Positions 1 through 8,056 of a DNA stretch of 64,000 bases are shown piece after piece (position 1 is the stretch's first letter; each line of letters begins with the position of its first letter). Under the pieces are notes generated by a model. The model was not told where the DNA came from. It saw only the letters and a list, made by a program, of their open reading frames with translations, and did not search any database. A program made the translations under genes and the position numbers. Source of the DNA: a virus (taxonomy: Duplodnaviria > Caudoviricetes). Location of the stretch: positions 1 to 64,000 of IMG/VR virus record IMGVR_UViG_2595698880_000001; one strand, 5' to 3'.

Positions 1-122
1 CTTCAGCTCGCGCGATCTGTTACCCTAACCGCTGTTATGGCCTAAAAAATTGCTTAAAAAAAGAAGCGTAAATGATGGCCCATATATGACCGTGTATGCG
101 GGCTTCTTATAAGATAACTTAT

Positions 123-314
123 AGGAAATAAGCAGAGCGGAGGGTACTTTACATTGTTTTTTGTAAAATTTGATAAAAACGTTCCGTACTCCCCACTAAT
201 TACTATCGGCCAATTTTCCCCTTCGAGTAACGTCATTTTCTCGAATAAATCCCCGAATATTTACGAGTAGTAGCTAAATATCACCAGGAATAGCAGAAGG
301 GGGGTACTTTTACA
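123..314 (+). repeat. Imperfect ~30-nt direct repeat in the non-coding left end (123-153 and 286-314)
   Basis: AGGAAATAAGCAGAGCGGAGGGTACTTTACA vs AGGAATAGCAGAAGGGGGGTACTTTTACA. GCTTCTTATAA also occurs twice (102-112, 389-399). Confidence 0.6.
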
Positions 315-478
315 AATCAGAAATAATCGACTTTTTCTTGATATATCGCGGTTTATTTAAAATTTTTTGTGACATATAGCGAATAATAGCTTCTTATAAT
401 TGTTCGGTAAAATAGGTTGATGCATGTAACGAATAAAATGTGTGTATGATGATAGAAATAACAATAGAGGTGATATAA

Positions 479-652
479 ATGTTTGGCATGTGGACTCCAT
501 CGTGGAAATTTGTGATTTTATTGTTTTTTGTGATGTTACCAGTGTTACCTTTCTTTGTAATTAAGTGGATCAGCGAATTACTTTTAAAATGTTCTGAATG
601 GATTATAAATAGTTATGGAAATTTAATTTCAAAGATACTTGATAAATTATAA
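479..652 (+). CDS. Small membrane protein, 57 aa (not in ORF track)
   Basis: SD GAGGTG upstream. MFGMWTPSWKFVILLFFVMLPVLPFFVIKW... has a hydrophobic segment. Confidence 0.65.
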   Translation: MFGMWTPSWKFVILLFFVMLPVLPFFVIKWISELLLKCSEWIINSYGNLISKILDKL

Positions 653-672
653 GCAAATAGGAGTTGGATTGA

Positions 673-918
673 ATGGCTAAACCTGGTGATATCCTTGTAT
701 TTCATGATGGAAAAGAAATGTTAGTAGCGAATAACAAGCTTCCGAAAATGGATGAAAATTATAAAATGTTTGATGATAGTCGGATCATACTTGTTAATAT
801 GGAAAACGGTCATGTTGAGCTTCATTATAGAGATTTCGTTCCCTATGAGGATGGTTTACCTTACATACCTATGTACGGTGGTGTAGTAAAGGTAATCAAA
901 AAACAAAATAGAATGTAA
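673..918 (+). CDS. Hypothetical early protein
   Basis: 81-aa ORF with SD AGGAG. Confidence 0.75.
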   Translation: MAKPGDILVFHDGKEMLVANNKLPKMDENYKMFDDSRIILVNMENGHVELHYRDFVPYEDGLPYIPMYGGVVKVIKKQNRM

Positions 919-925
919 CTTATCC

Positions 926-954
926 TTTACAACAAGTTATAGGCCGGTTATAAT
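926..954 (+). promoter_or_regulatory. SigA-type early promoter
   Basis: TTTACA-N17-TATAAT. Confidence 0.75.
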
Positions 955-1066
955 GGAAAATACCAACAGGGAGGTGAGTTGTTATGTTTTTCTTTGTTGT
1001 AGTTTTTTTCTAGCTGTTTTGGTATTTAGATATGGTAAAGATAATGACTAATAGGGGGTAGTTAGT

Positions 1067-1294
1067 GTGAAGGAAGTAAAAGTTAGTTATTTTCGCAAAA
1101 GCGGAAAGTGGTATTGTACAGAATACATTGATATTACAGAAGGATTAAATGGTTATCAAGCTCTTACTGAAGAATTACCTAAACATCATAGAATTAAGGA
1201 TATGTTTATGTTAGTCCAGGATTCAGACGATGAAAAAGAACCTTATATCGTTCCGCATTTGTACAAACCAATCGAAACAGGGGGTAATGAATAA
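1067..1294 (+). CDS. Hypothetical early protein
   Basis: 75-aa ORF, SD GGGGG, coupled to next ORF. Confidence 0.75.
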   Translation: MKEVKVSYFRKSGKWYCTEYIDITEGLNGYQALTEELPKHHRIKDMFMLVQDSDDEKEPYIVPHLYKPIETGGNE

Positions 1295-1773
1295 TGAGCA
1301 AACAAGTTAAGTTATCTGAATTAAGTCCATACGCGTATATCGGTCATGATGGTGATGTAATTACGAAAGAAAAAGCAATGGATTTACTTATGCAAGGTAA
1401 AGCTGGTGCAATGGTAGCTGTAGGGGATGGATACATTCAAGATGTGCTGGATCAGGTACAAAACGATGTTAAAAATGGTATCGAAAAAGATTATTATTCA
1501 TCAGATGTTCCTTGTAAGCGAATAGTAGTTGATTATTTACCTGGAAGAATCCGCTTCAAAGGTGATGATAGTGATAATATTGATTATCATGATCTAACAA
1601 AAGATAAAACATACAAAGTTTTCTATGGTGATTCAATGGATGTAGATATCTTTAAAGAAAGCGGTATTGTTGTCGTGATTGATGATGCAGGATATCAGCA
1701 CGAGATACTTATAGGTGATTATGACATCTTATCTTTAGTTATTGAAGAAGAGGTGAAGAAGAATTATGGATGA
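1294..1773 (+). CDS. Hypothetical early protein
   Basis: 159-aa ORF with TAATG overlap. Confidence 0.8.
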   Translation: MSKQVKLSELSPYAYIGHDGDVITKEKAMDLLMQGKAGAMVAVGDGYIQDVLDQVQNDVKNGIEKDYYSSDVPCKRIVVDYLPGRIRFKGDDSDNIDYHDLTKDKTYKVFYGDSMDVDIFKESGIVVVIDDAGYQHEILIGDYDILSLVIEEEVKKNYG

Positions 1774-1951
1774 TGCTGTACTTTGTCCTCACTGTTCACA
1801 TAGTTACAACGAATGGTGGGAATTGTTAGACTTCGAAAAGGACGATCAACAATTCAATATGCCATGTGATGAATGTGGTAAAGAATTTGGTGTAAAAGTT
1901 GAAGTAACTCGTGTTTTTCATACGTCAAAAGATTTACTGGAAGAAGAATAA
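1766..1951 (+). CDS. Small zinc-ribbon protein
   Basis: CPHC...CDEC motifs; SD GAGGTG. Confidence 0.75.
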   Translation: MDDAVLCPHCSHSYNEWWELLDFEKDDQQFNMPCDECGKEFGVKVEVTRVFHTSKDLLEEE

Positions 1952-2028
1952 TGTTATTCGCTATCGGTATGTTAATCGGAATAGTCATTGGATTAGCAGT
2001 TGCATTATTAATGGATGAATGGACGTGA
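1951..2028 (+). CDS. 25-aa hydrophobic peptide (not in ORF track)
   Basis: TAATG coupling; MLFAIGMLIGIVIGLAVALLMDEWT; fills the gap between ORFs. Confidence 0.55.
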   Translation: MLFAIGMLIGIVIGLAVALLMDEWT

Positions 2029-2032
2029 TAAA

Positions 2033-2392
2033 ATGAATCGTAAAATTGTTTTCACAGTACGCGATAGAGAAGGTAAAAGAGAAACATTTAATTGTCCTAT
2101 CGATGGTGATTTAGAAACGGTAGAAAATGCTGCTAAAATTCAAGCGAAACATTATTTGAATGAATTTGTAGGTGCTGTAAGCGTGTCTTATATGATCGTT
2201 GATATGCTGAAATACGGTGTAGTTGAACCGGATCAAGTTACACCTCAACCTGTTAAAATTCACGCTGTATCATTAGCTGAAAAATGTGGTGGTTGTAGAT
2301 TTTACGATACAAAACAGAAATATTGTAATGAGCATGGGATTACCAGGGAATTTGAAGATAATAAATGTAATTCGTGGAGGTATTTTGCATGA
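2033..2392 (+). CDS. Hypothetical protein with C-terminal Cys cluster
   Basis: CGGC...C...C near the C-terminus. Confidence 0.75.
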   Translation: MNRKIVFTVRDREGKRETFNCPIDGDLETVENAAKIQAKHYLNEFVGAVSVSYMIVDMLKYGVVEPDQVTPQPVKIHAVSLAEKCGGCRFYDTKQKYCNEHGITREFEDNKCNSWRYFA

Positions 2393-2568
2393 CACGTAAA
2401 GAACTGATCGAATTGTTATCACATCCTTCTTATAACGATGATGATAAAGTAATCATTGAATCTTATACCGAATGTGATTGTGGGACATTCTTTGATGATT
2501 TTGAAATAAAGGATGTAGGTAAGGATGGTAAAGGTGATATTTGTTTAGAAAAAGGTGATAAAATATGA
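2389..2568 (+). CDS. Hypothetical early protein
   Basis: SD GGAGG and ATGA overlap. Confidence 0.7.
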   Translation: MTRKELIELLSHPSYNDDDKVIIESYTECDCGTFFDDFEIKDVGKDGKGDICLEKGDKI

Positions 2569-2942
2569 GTAAATTTAAGCCGCTTGAAGTCGGTGATCGT
2601 GTATTTATCGAAACTAGAGGTTATTACGATACTGGAAGACCTACTTTATGGGAATATGAAGTAATTGAAACGAATAAAAGCAGCGCTTATGTTAGTCGTA
2701 TCGTTAATGGAAAGCCTAAAAACACTGATAAAAACCTTTGTAAAAGGGTACAACAGAAGGATGGAAAGGTTATTCAAATATTTGCTGGATATAGTGAAAG
2801 GTTATGGCTTTCAGAAGAAGCTTTCTTAGATCATCACCATAGAATCGAATTAAAAACACTTTACTTAGAACAAGCTCGTGTAAAATTAACAAAGATGTCA
2901 CTTAAAGAACTAGAAGTATTCTTGGAGGTGCACGATGATTAA
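2565..2942 (+). CDS. Hypothetical protein with SH3/KOW-like N-terminus
   Basis: LEVGDRVFI motif. Confidence 0.75.
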   Translation: MSKFKPLEVGDRVFIETRGYYDTGRPTLWEYEVIETNKSSAYVSRIVNGKPKNTDKNLCKRVQQKDGKVIQIFAGYSERLWLSEEAFLDHHHRIELKTLYLEQARVKLTKMSLKELEVFLEVHDD

Positions 2943-3288
2943 ATACGACAGAGAAGAATGGTTAAAATCGCTTAAAGAAGGGGATTTAGTTGCTTTAGAA
3001 AGTGGTGGATGGGGATATAAGAATTTCCAGGTACAAAAAATAGCTAAAATCACTCCAACTAGAAGGTTCAATTTGTTAAATGGTGGTACTTATGACAGTA
3101 GCGGATTCAAAATGGGCCACAAGGATAAGTGGAGTGCTAGACCAGCTATTCGCCCATACGATCAGCACGTAAAAGATGTATTAGAAGCTGAAGGATTGAA
3201 GTTAACAATGTCACGAATGAAGGTAAATGATCTTACTTTGCAGCAATTAAGGGATATAGTTGCTATTTTAGAGGAAACAGCGGATTAA
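2935..3288 (+). CDS. Hypothetical protein with SH3/KOW-like N-terminus
   Basis: LKEGDLVAL...KIAKITPT; similar architecture to the upstream ORF. Confidence 0.75.
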   Translation: MIKYDREEWLKSLKEGDLVALESGGWGYKNFQVQKIAKITPTRRFNLLNGGTYDSSGFKMGHKDKWSARPAIRPYDQHVKDVLEAEGLKLTMSRMKVNDLTLQQLRDIVAILEETAD

Positions 3289-3304
3289 TTTCTGCTGTTT
3301 TTTT
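3276..3304 (+). terminator. Intrinsic terminator
   Basis: AACAGCGGA-loop-TCTGCTGTT followed by a T run. Confidence 0.75.
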
Positions 3305-3366
3305 ATTTTATGTAATAATTGTATCAAAGGTGGGTATGGTGTTAGTACAAAAGGAGAGTGAGTTGT

Positions 3367-3912
3367 ATGTTAGTTATATTTGAAAAGCCTAGAAAAGCTG
3401 TATTGAGCAGCAGTTTTGAAATTCACGTAATAGAAAACCCTACAGGTAAGGTTGATGAAGTTGTTCGCTTCAGATCAGGTTCTAATGTTGAGGTAATCGG
3501 AAAAGTAGATGATGATGTCTATATTATTTACTCAAAATCACTTGAGGAATCGACTACAGTAGGTGTTTCTATATTAGAATTCCTTGATGAAAAAGAAGAA
3601 AATAACATCATGCCTTCACCAGCGAATAATCACAAACGTAAGGTTCAATTTATTGAAATGAATGGTGAGAAAATAAGAATCACTGACCGTTTCGTACGCG
3701 AATACGTAGTTGAAAGTAATTACTGCTTAGAATTATACAGAATTGACCTGGAAGGAAATGACGTTGATAGTATTATGGATGCTGATTTATATTTCCATAT
3801 AATCGATCCGGTTAATGACCTTCGCATATCGAAAGATCACTTTAAACTACATCACTTAATGGACAAATATAAAAGGTGGGATCGTAATGAACATCTTGGA
3901 ACATCACATTAA
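3367..3912 (+). CDS. Hypothetical protein
   Basis: SD AGGAG; about 181 aa. Confidence 0.75.
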   Translation: MLVIFEKPRKAVLSSSFEIHVIENPTGKVDEVVRFRSGSNVEVIGKVDDDVYIIYSKSLEESTTVGVSILEFLDEKEENNIMPSPANNHKRKVQFIEMNGEKIRITDRFVREYVVESNYCLELYRIDLEGNDVDSIMDADLYFHIIDPVNDLRISKDHFKLHHLMDKYKRWDRNEHLGTSH

Positions 3913-4084
3913 GTCAGTTATCAGCGTTAAACCTTATACAGCTGAATGGACTAAAGAACATCCACATACTTTCTTGAAAATTACTGTAGTTGCTAATTGC
4001 TATGGACGCGAACAAGAATACAATCTGATCCGGACTGCTGAAGAGTGGGAACAAATTGAGAAACAGGGGTATTTCATGGGATGA
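3887..4084 (+). CDS. Hypothetical protein
   Basis: 65-aa ORF, SD AGGTGG. Confidence 0.7.
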   Translation: MNILEHHIKSVISVKPYTAEWTKEHPHTFLKITVVANCYGREQEYNLIRTAEEWEQIEKQGYFMG

Positions 4085-4257
4085 AGAAGCAGCGATGGAG
4101 ATTTACAAAAGGTAAAACTAGACGTTGGCAATGGCAATGTGAAAATTGTGATAGAAAGACATCAACCAACGAATTAAAGATGCCTAAAGGGTGGCATTTT
4201 GTAAGATGTGGTGTTGTATTCGTTACTTGCAATGTATGTGGGCCACTAGAAGATTAA
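4081..4257 (+). CDS. 58-aa zinc-ribbon protein (not in ORF track)
   Basis: ATGA overlap; CENC...PKGW...CNVC. Confidence 0.65.
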   Translation: MKKQRWRFTKGKTRRWQWQCENCDRKTSTNELKMPKGWHFVRCGVVFVTCNVCGPLED

Positions 4258-4285
4258 GACATCAGGAAATCCCTGGTGTTTTTTT
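4258..4285 (+). terminator. Intrinsic terminator
   Basis: GACATCAGG/CCTGGTGTT stem followed by a T run. Confidence 0.75.
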
Positions 4286-4306
4286 CTTGTATAGGAAAAG
4301 AAATAC

Positions 4307-4335
4307 TTGAAAGGCTTGTCCACAACGATTATAAT
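4307..4335 (+). promoter_or_regulatory. SigA-type early promoter
   Basis: TTGAAA-N17-TATAAT. Confidence 0.75.
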
Positions 4336-4375
4336 TAATTTATAACCAAATATTCGTTAAGGGGGTTATAGTACA

Positions 4376-4573
4376 TTGAAATTTTTATATTATTTGCTAG
4401 GTGTTGCTGCTTTAGTTGTGGGTTCTATGTGCTTCACTGATGCTTACCGCTACATCATGACAGATAAGTACGAAGCTGCTACAGCTGCTATTTTTGGCGG
4501 TATGTTTAACATGTTAGCTTTTGTTGGATGTATGATTTTTGCTTACGAATGCGACAAATACAAAGAGAAGTGA
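4376..4573 (+). CDS. Small two-TM membrane protein
   Basis: Two hydrophobic stretches. Confidence 0.7.
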   Translation: MKFLYYLLGVAALVVGSMCFTDAYRYIMTDKYEAATAAIFGGMFNMLAFVGCMIFAYECDKYKEK

Positions 4574-4609
4574 CTCATTCCTGGAAAGGCCCATTGATAG
4601 GAGGTTATT

Positions 4610-4849
4610 ATGAAAAGTAAAAAAGAATATGGACAAGATTTTTTAACACGTCCACGTAAAATGTCAACAGATCAAGAAAAAGTAGCTAATTCAGTCTTCT
4701 TATGGCGATTTGATAAAGAAAATGCTGTATTCACGCTTAGTTATCTAGGTGTAGCTAATGGAATTCTTAATCGGATCAACTTAATGTTAGCTGCTGAAGT
4801 GGAAAATGGATTCATAAACAAATACATGTTACGAAAGAGGGTACGTTGA
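4610..4849 (+). CDS. Hypothetical protein
   Basis: SD AGGAGG. Confidence 0.75.
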   Translation: MKSKKEYGQDFLTRPRKMSTDQEKVANSVFLWRFDKENAVFTLSYLGVANGILNRINLMLAAEVENGFINKYMLRKRVR

Positions 4850-5016
4850 TGGATCATTTCGCGTTTTATGCTACCAGGGTTTTATGTGTTGTTGCTATGG
4901 CTTATTGCTTTCATTTTGGCATAAAAGAACGAAGATTTTTTCCTAGTGTTATATTCATTCTTGTTGGTTGTTGGCTTTTAGATATCATTATTCAATTGGA
5001 GGAACTTAGACCATGA
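4849..5016 (+). CDS. 55-aa membrane protein (not in ORF track)
   Basis: TGATG and ATGA overlaps at the two ends; two hydrophobic segments. Confidence 0.6.
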   Translation: MDHFAFYATRVLCVVAMAYCFHFGIKERRFFPSVIFILVGCWLLDIIIQLEELRP

Positions 5017-5717
5017 TAAATAGAACTGACAGTGAACGTTTAGAAGTAATCATTGAAAAGTTAGGTCAAATTATTGATTTGTTAACACCTAAAGAAACTA
5101 AAATCAATGCTGCAAAGATCGATTTTGATGCACTAGAAACGTCTCAAATAATAAAGACATCAGAAATTATTTCTCAAGCGGTGATTAACAAATTCACTCC
5201 TGGAATTACACGTAATGGCGTAATTAGAATTTCTAAAGACGCTCATAGAATTCTTGCTAGTAACGTTTTTTCTACTCCTGACGGAACAACATTCATGTAT
5301 CGAACTATGAAGGATGGTCAACGTAAGCGAATGTGTACAGCTGAATTCAAAGTCATCAAAGAAAAACGAAAAGTTATTTGCTTAATGAAAGAAAAAGATA
5401 CAAACAAAGTTGTAGCTAGAGGAATAGCTAAGTGTGATCCAGCAGATGTTTTCAATGCTGATATCGGAATGGCGATTTCTTTATATCGCGCTTTAGGTTT
5501 GAATGTCCCTAAAGAATATTCTAATGTGCCGAACCCTACCAAATATGAAATTGGTCAAGTGATTGAATGGGCTAAAGGATTTCCGTTTCTTATACTAGAT
5601 ATCGATGATACTTATGGTGATTTCATGCGAATGAGTGACGGTAAGGTGTTCACTAATTTCCGTTACAATGATGAATCTAGTCCAGCTAAAATAATCGAAG
5701 ATGGAGTTGAAATGTGA
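5013..5717 (+). CDS. Multi-domain hypothetical protein with a G-x-A-K-C-x-P-x-D-x-F-x3-IG domain
   Basis: ARGIAKCDPADVFNADIGMAISLYRAL, a motif type common in phage proteins. Confidence 0.75.
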   Translation: MINRTDSERLEVIIEKLGQIIDLLTPKETKINAAKIDFDALETSQIIKTSEIISQAVINKFTPGITRNGVIRISKDAHRILASNVFSTPDGTTFMYRTMKDGQRKRMCTAEFKVIKEKRKVICLMKEKDTNKVVARGIAKCDPADVFNADIGMAISLYRALGLNVPKEYSNVPNPTKYEIGQVIEWAKGFPFLILDIDDTYGDFMRMSDGKVFTNFRYNDESSPAKIIEDGVEM

Positions 5718-5962
5718 TGGATATTATAACAACACTGGAAATCGTCGTTAAAGTTATCGGTGCTTCACTTGTAATACTAGGTGGAATTTTTGGTTTAATG
5801 ATGACCAAACAGGCTATAAGTATTATCGCAAAAGAAGAACCTAAAAATTTAAGTTTTGAAAAAGCAATGGATATTCGCGTTGCATACATCATGAATATGG
5901 TAACTGCTATTTTCTTTTATATAATGTCTTTAGCTGGACTGATTATGATTTGCGTTTCTTAG
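5714..5962 (+). CDS. Two-TM membrane protein
   Basis: Two hydrophobic helices. Confidence 0.7.
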   Translation: MMDIITTLEIVVKVIGASLVILGGIFGLMMTKQAISIIAKEEPKNLSFEKAMDIRVAYIMNMVTAIFFYIMSLAGLIMICVS

Positions 5963-5963
5963 A

Positions 5964-6012
5964 TTGACAAGTTATAGGGCTGTATGTACAATATGTATGT
6001 ACGGCTCTTTTT
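5964..6012 (+). promoter_or_regulatory. SigA-type promoter overlapping an intrinsic terminator hairpin
   Basis: TTGACA-N17-TACAAT. Stem 5977-5990/5994-6007 followed by a T run. Confidence 0.75.
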
Positions 6013-6045
6013 ATTTGGCCTTACCGACAAAGAGAGGATGATTAG

Positions 6046-6231
6046 ATGTCATTACAAACGATCTTATTAGTTGCTACTATTCTTTATTTAATCTATGGCG
6101 CTTATTGTGCTAAAACATTGTATGAAAACAGTCCTAGAGAATGGGTAGATGTATTTTTCGGCGCTTCATGCGTTATCTTTTGGTTTCCATACGCGATATT
6201 CGGTAATGTATTCTTTAAAAACAAGGACTGA
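6046..6231 (+). CDS. Small two-TM membrane protein
   Basis: SD GAGGA; hydrophobic; followed by a terminator at 6224-6250. Confidence 0.7.
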   Translation: MSLQTILLVATILYLIYGAYCAKTLYENSPREWVDVFFGASCVIFWFPYAIFGNVFFKNKD

Positions 6232-6327
6232 TTAATTTCAGTCTTTTTTTATTTGCTTAGAAAAAGAAATCCTGGTACATATTACATATTGGTTGTATAA
6301 TGGTTATAAAAGAATGGAGGTTGTCCA

Positions 6328-6528
6328 ATGATTGAAAAAGTTTCTGATGTAATGTACGCTGCTGTTCATAAAGAATTGAAGAAGTTCTTTGTCGGATCAG
6401 GCACTAGAGTAGCATTTGCTAAAAAAGGTCATCTTAAATCGTCAATGACGTATCGTAAAGCTAATCATAATGATTACGAATTTTATGCTATTACTTCCGA
6501 TGGTGTTATGATGCAAGTTGAAGCTTAA
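6328..6528 (+). CDS. Hypothetical protein
   Basis: SD GGAGG. Confidence 0.75.
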   Translation: MIEKVSDVMYAAVHKELKKFFVGSGTRVAFAKKGHLKSSMTYRKANHNDYEFYAITSDGVMMQVEA

Positions 6529-6584
6529 CTTTTTGACATTTTTACGGATAAGCTGCATACTATTTATTAAAGGAGCTGGTAAAG

Positions 6585-6710
6585 ATGAAAAATAACAAGT
6601 ACGTCAAGAAAACGAAACGTGTTTTGTGGGACGGATCAATGATTATGTGTTTAGTCATCTTCTTCTTTATGGCAATAGGTGGATTAATATATTTCATTTC
6701 GAACCTCTAA
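6585..6710 (+). CDS. 41-aa single-TM protein (not in ORF track)
   Basis: SD AAGGAG; MKNNKYVKKTKRVLWDGSMIMCLVIFFFMAIGGLIYFISNL; own terminator at 6702-6730. Confidence 0.65.
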   Translation: MKNNKYVKKTKRVLWDGSMIMCLVIFFFMAIGGLIYFISNL

Positions 6711-6803
6711 TTAATTTTAGAGGTTTTTTTATTTTGTATAGAAAAAGGAACGCTTGAACTGTATTACTATCTGTTATAAAATAGTAAAAGAGGTGATACA
6801 AGG

Positions 6804-7511
6804 ATGGCAAGCCGTAAAAAAACAGGGATAGATCAATCAAAATTAATTACCGTAATGAAGAAATTTATCGGAACAAGACAAAGCGATCCTGAACATACAA
6901 AATATTTCAAGATCGAAAATAATGTTGATTACTTAGCTGTCGATCTAAATAATAATGGTGGACTAGCTGCTCATATTTACCTAAAGAATCGTGAGTTATG
7001 GAAAAAGGAAACAGGAGAAGTTAAATTCGCTATTCCTACTTCAAAGGATAAGGTGGAATTCAAAGCTTCTATACCTGAATACCCTGATGTTAAATCTGTT
7101 TTCCATCCTGACTTTCTTCGTGGTTATAATGGTTATAAAATCGGTGATGAAGATGTGGACAAGTTCATAAAGGTTCATGAATCGATGGAGAAGATAGGGA
7201 AAATGAGTGGTAAGGACTTCGTTACTGTATTGAATACCGGAACAAACTTCTTATTATTCACTATAGCTCATTCTGATGTTGAATTCATGTGGAAGTATGA
7301 AACCGAAATGACAGAAGGACACGATACTTATGGTTATCCATACGATCCGTCGATTATGGTCAATGCATTCAAGGCCCTGAAGGATTTGAAAGCAGAAGGA
7401 ATAAAGATGTTTCTAAAGGATAACAAAAGCCCTATCTTTTTTACCGCTATGGACAATGATTATGAAATGAATATAGCTGTTCAACGAAAATTAATGAGGG
7501 ACGGTGAGTGA
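6804..7511 (+). CDS. Putative sliding-clamp (DnaN/beta-fold-like) protein
   Basis: YPDVKSVF and YDPSIMVNAFKALK...SPIFF resemble beta-clamp domain motifs. Confidence 0.45.
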   Translation: MASRKKTGIDQSKLITVMKKFIGTRQSDPEHTKYFKIENNVDYLAVDLNNNGGLAAHIYLKNRELWKKETGEVKFAIPTSKDKVEFKASIPEYPDVKSVFHPDFLRGYNGYKIGDEDVDKFIKVHESMEKIGKMSGKDFVTVLNTGTNFLLFTIAHSDVEFMWKYETEMTEGHDTYGYPYDPSIMVNAFKALKDLKAEGIKMFLKDNKSPIFFTAMDNDYEMNIAVQRKLMRDGE

Positions 7512-7869
7512 TATGTTGGAGAAACACATTCCAATGTTTGATGAAGGTGAAGTGGTTATAACTGAAAGTGGACAAGTTGGTAAGATCGTCGGTATGAACT
7601 TTGATATCCGTTTTCGAAAGGGCCGCCGCTGGAAGAATGAAAAATACTTAGTTAAATTTCAAGATGGTTCTCAAGATTGGATAAAGTACGATGAAATTGA
7701 ATTGTATGTAGAAGCTGAACACGATCCAATCCAGGCTATTGACAGTATCAACGGTTTGCTGCAAGATTGCTTATTGTTATCAACAAACGTTCCGCTTGAT
7801 GTTCGTATCAAGACTATCAAAGAAATGCAAAAGGGCATTGAAGGTGAGGATAAGGTGTATGGAATATAA
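7504..7869 (+). CDS. Hypothetical SH3-like protein
   Basis: FDEGEVV...GKIVG...YLVKF pattern. Confidence 0.7.
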   Translation: MSDMLEKHIPMFDEGEVVITESGQVGKIVGMNFDIRFRKGRRWKNEKYLVKFQDGSQDWIKYDEIELYVEAEHDPIQAIDSINGLLQDCLLLSTNVPLDVRIKTIKEMQKGIEGEDKVYGI

Positions 7870-8056
7870 AATGACTGTTACTTTCAACAACGAAGAGGTT
7901 AAAGTTTTTAGAGTCCCTTTCGGTGCTCACGATTTAAGTATGTACATGAGTCACGAATTAGATGCAATTATCTTTGATGATGAAAATGATGAAGAACAAG
8001 TTATCTTTAACAATTCAATCCAACGGATCACATTCAGTGTGTGCGATGACGATTAA
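7859..8056 (+). CDS. Hypothetical protein (65 aa)
   Basis: Start re-called to ATG 7859 (SD GAGG/AAGGTG). Confidence 0.65.
   Translation: MEYKMTVTFNNEEVKVFRVPFGAHDLSMYMSHELDAIIFDDENDEEQVIFNNSIQRITFSVCDDD

Noticed and set aside
4316-4324. DnaA-box-like TTGTCCACA in an early promoter spacer
   Set aside because: A single copy with one mismatch to TTATCCACA is expected by chance in 64 kb.
479-6710. Arbitrium-like peptide signalling among the small ORFs
   Set aside because: No TPR/RRNPP receptor gene and no signal-peptide-plus-mature-peptide architecture; no lysogeny genes are seen.
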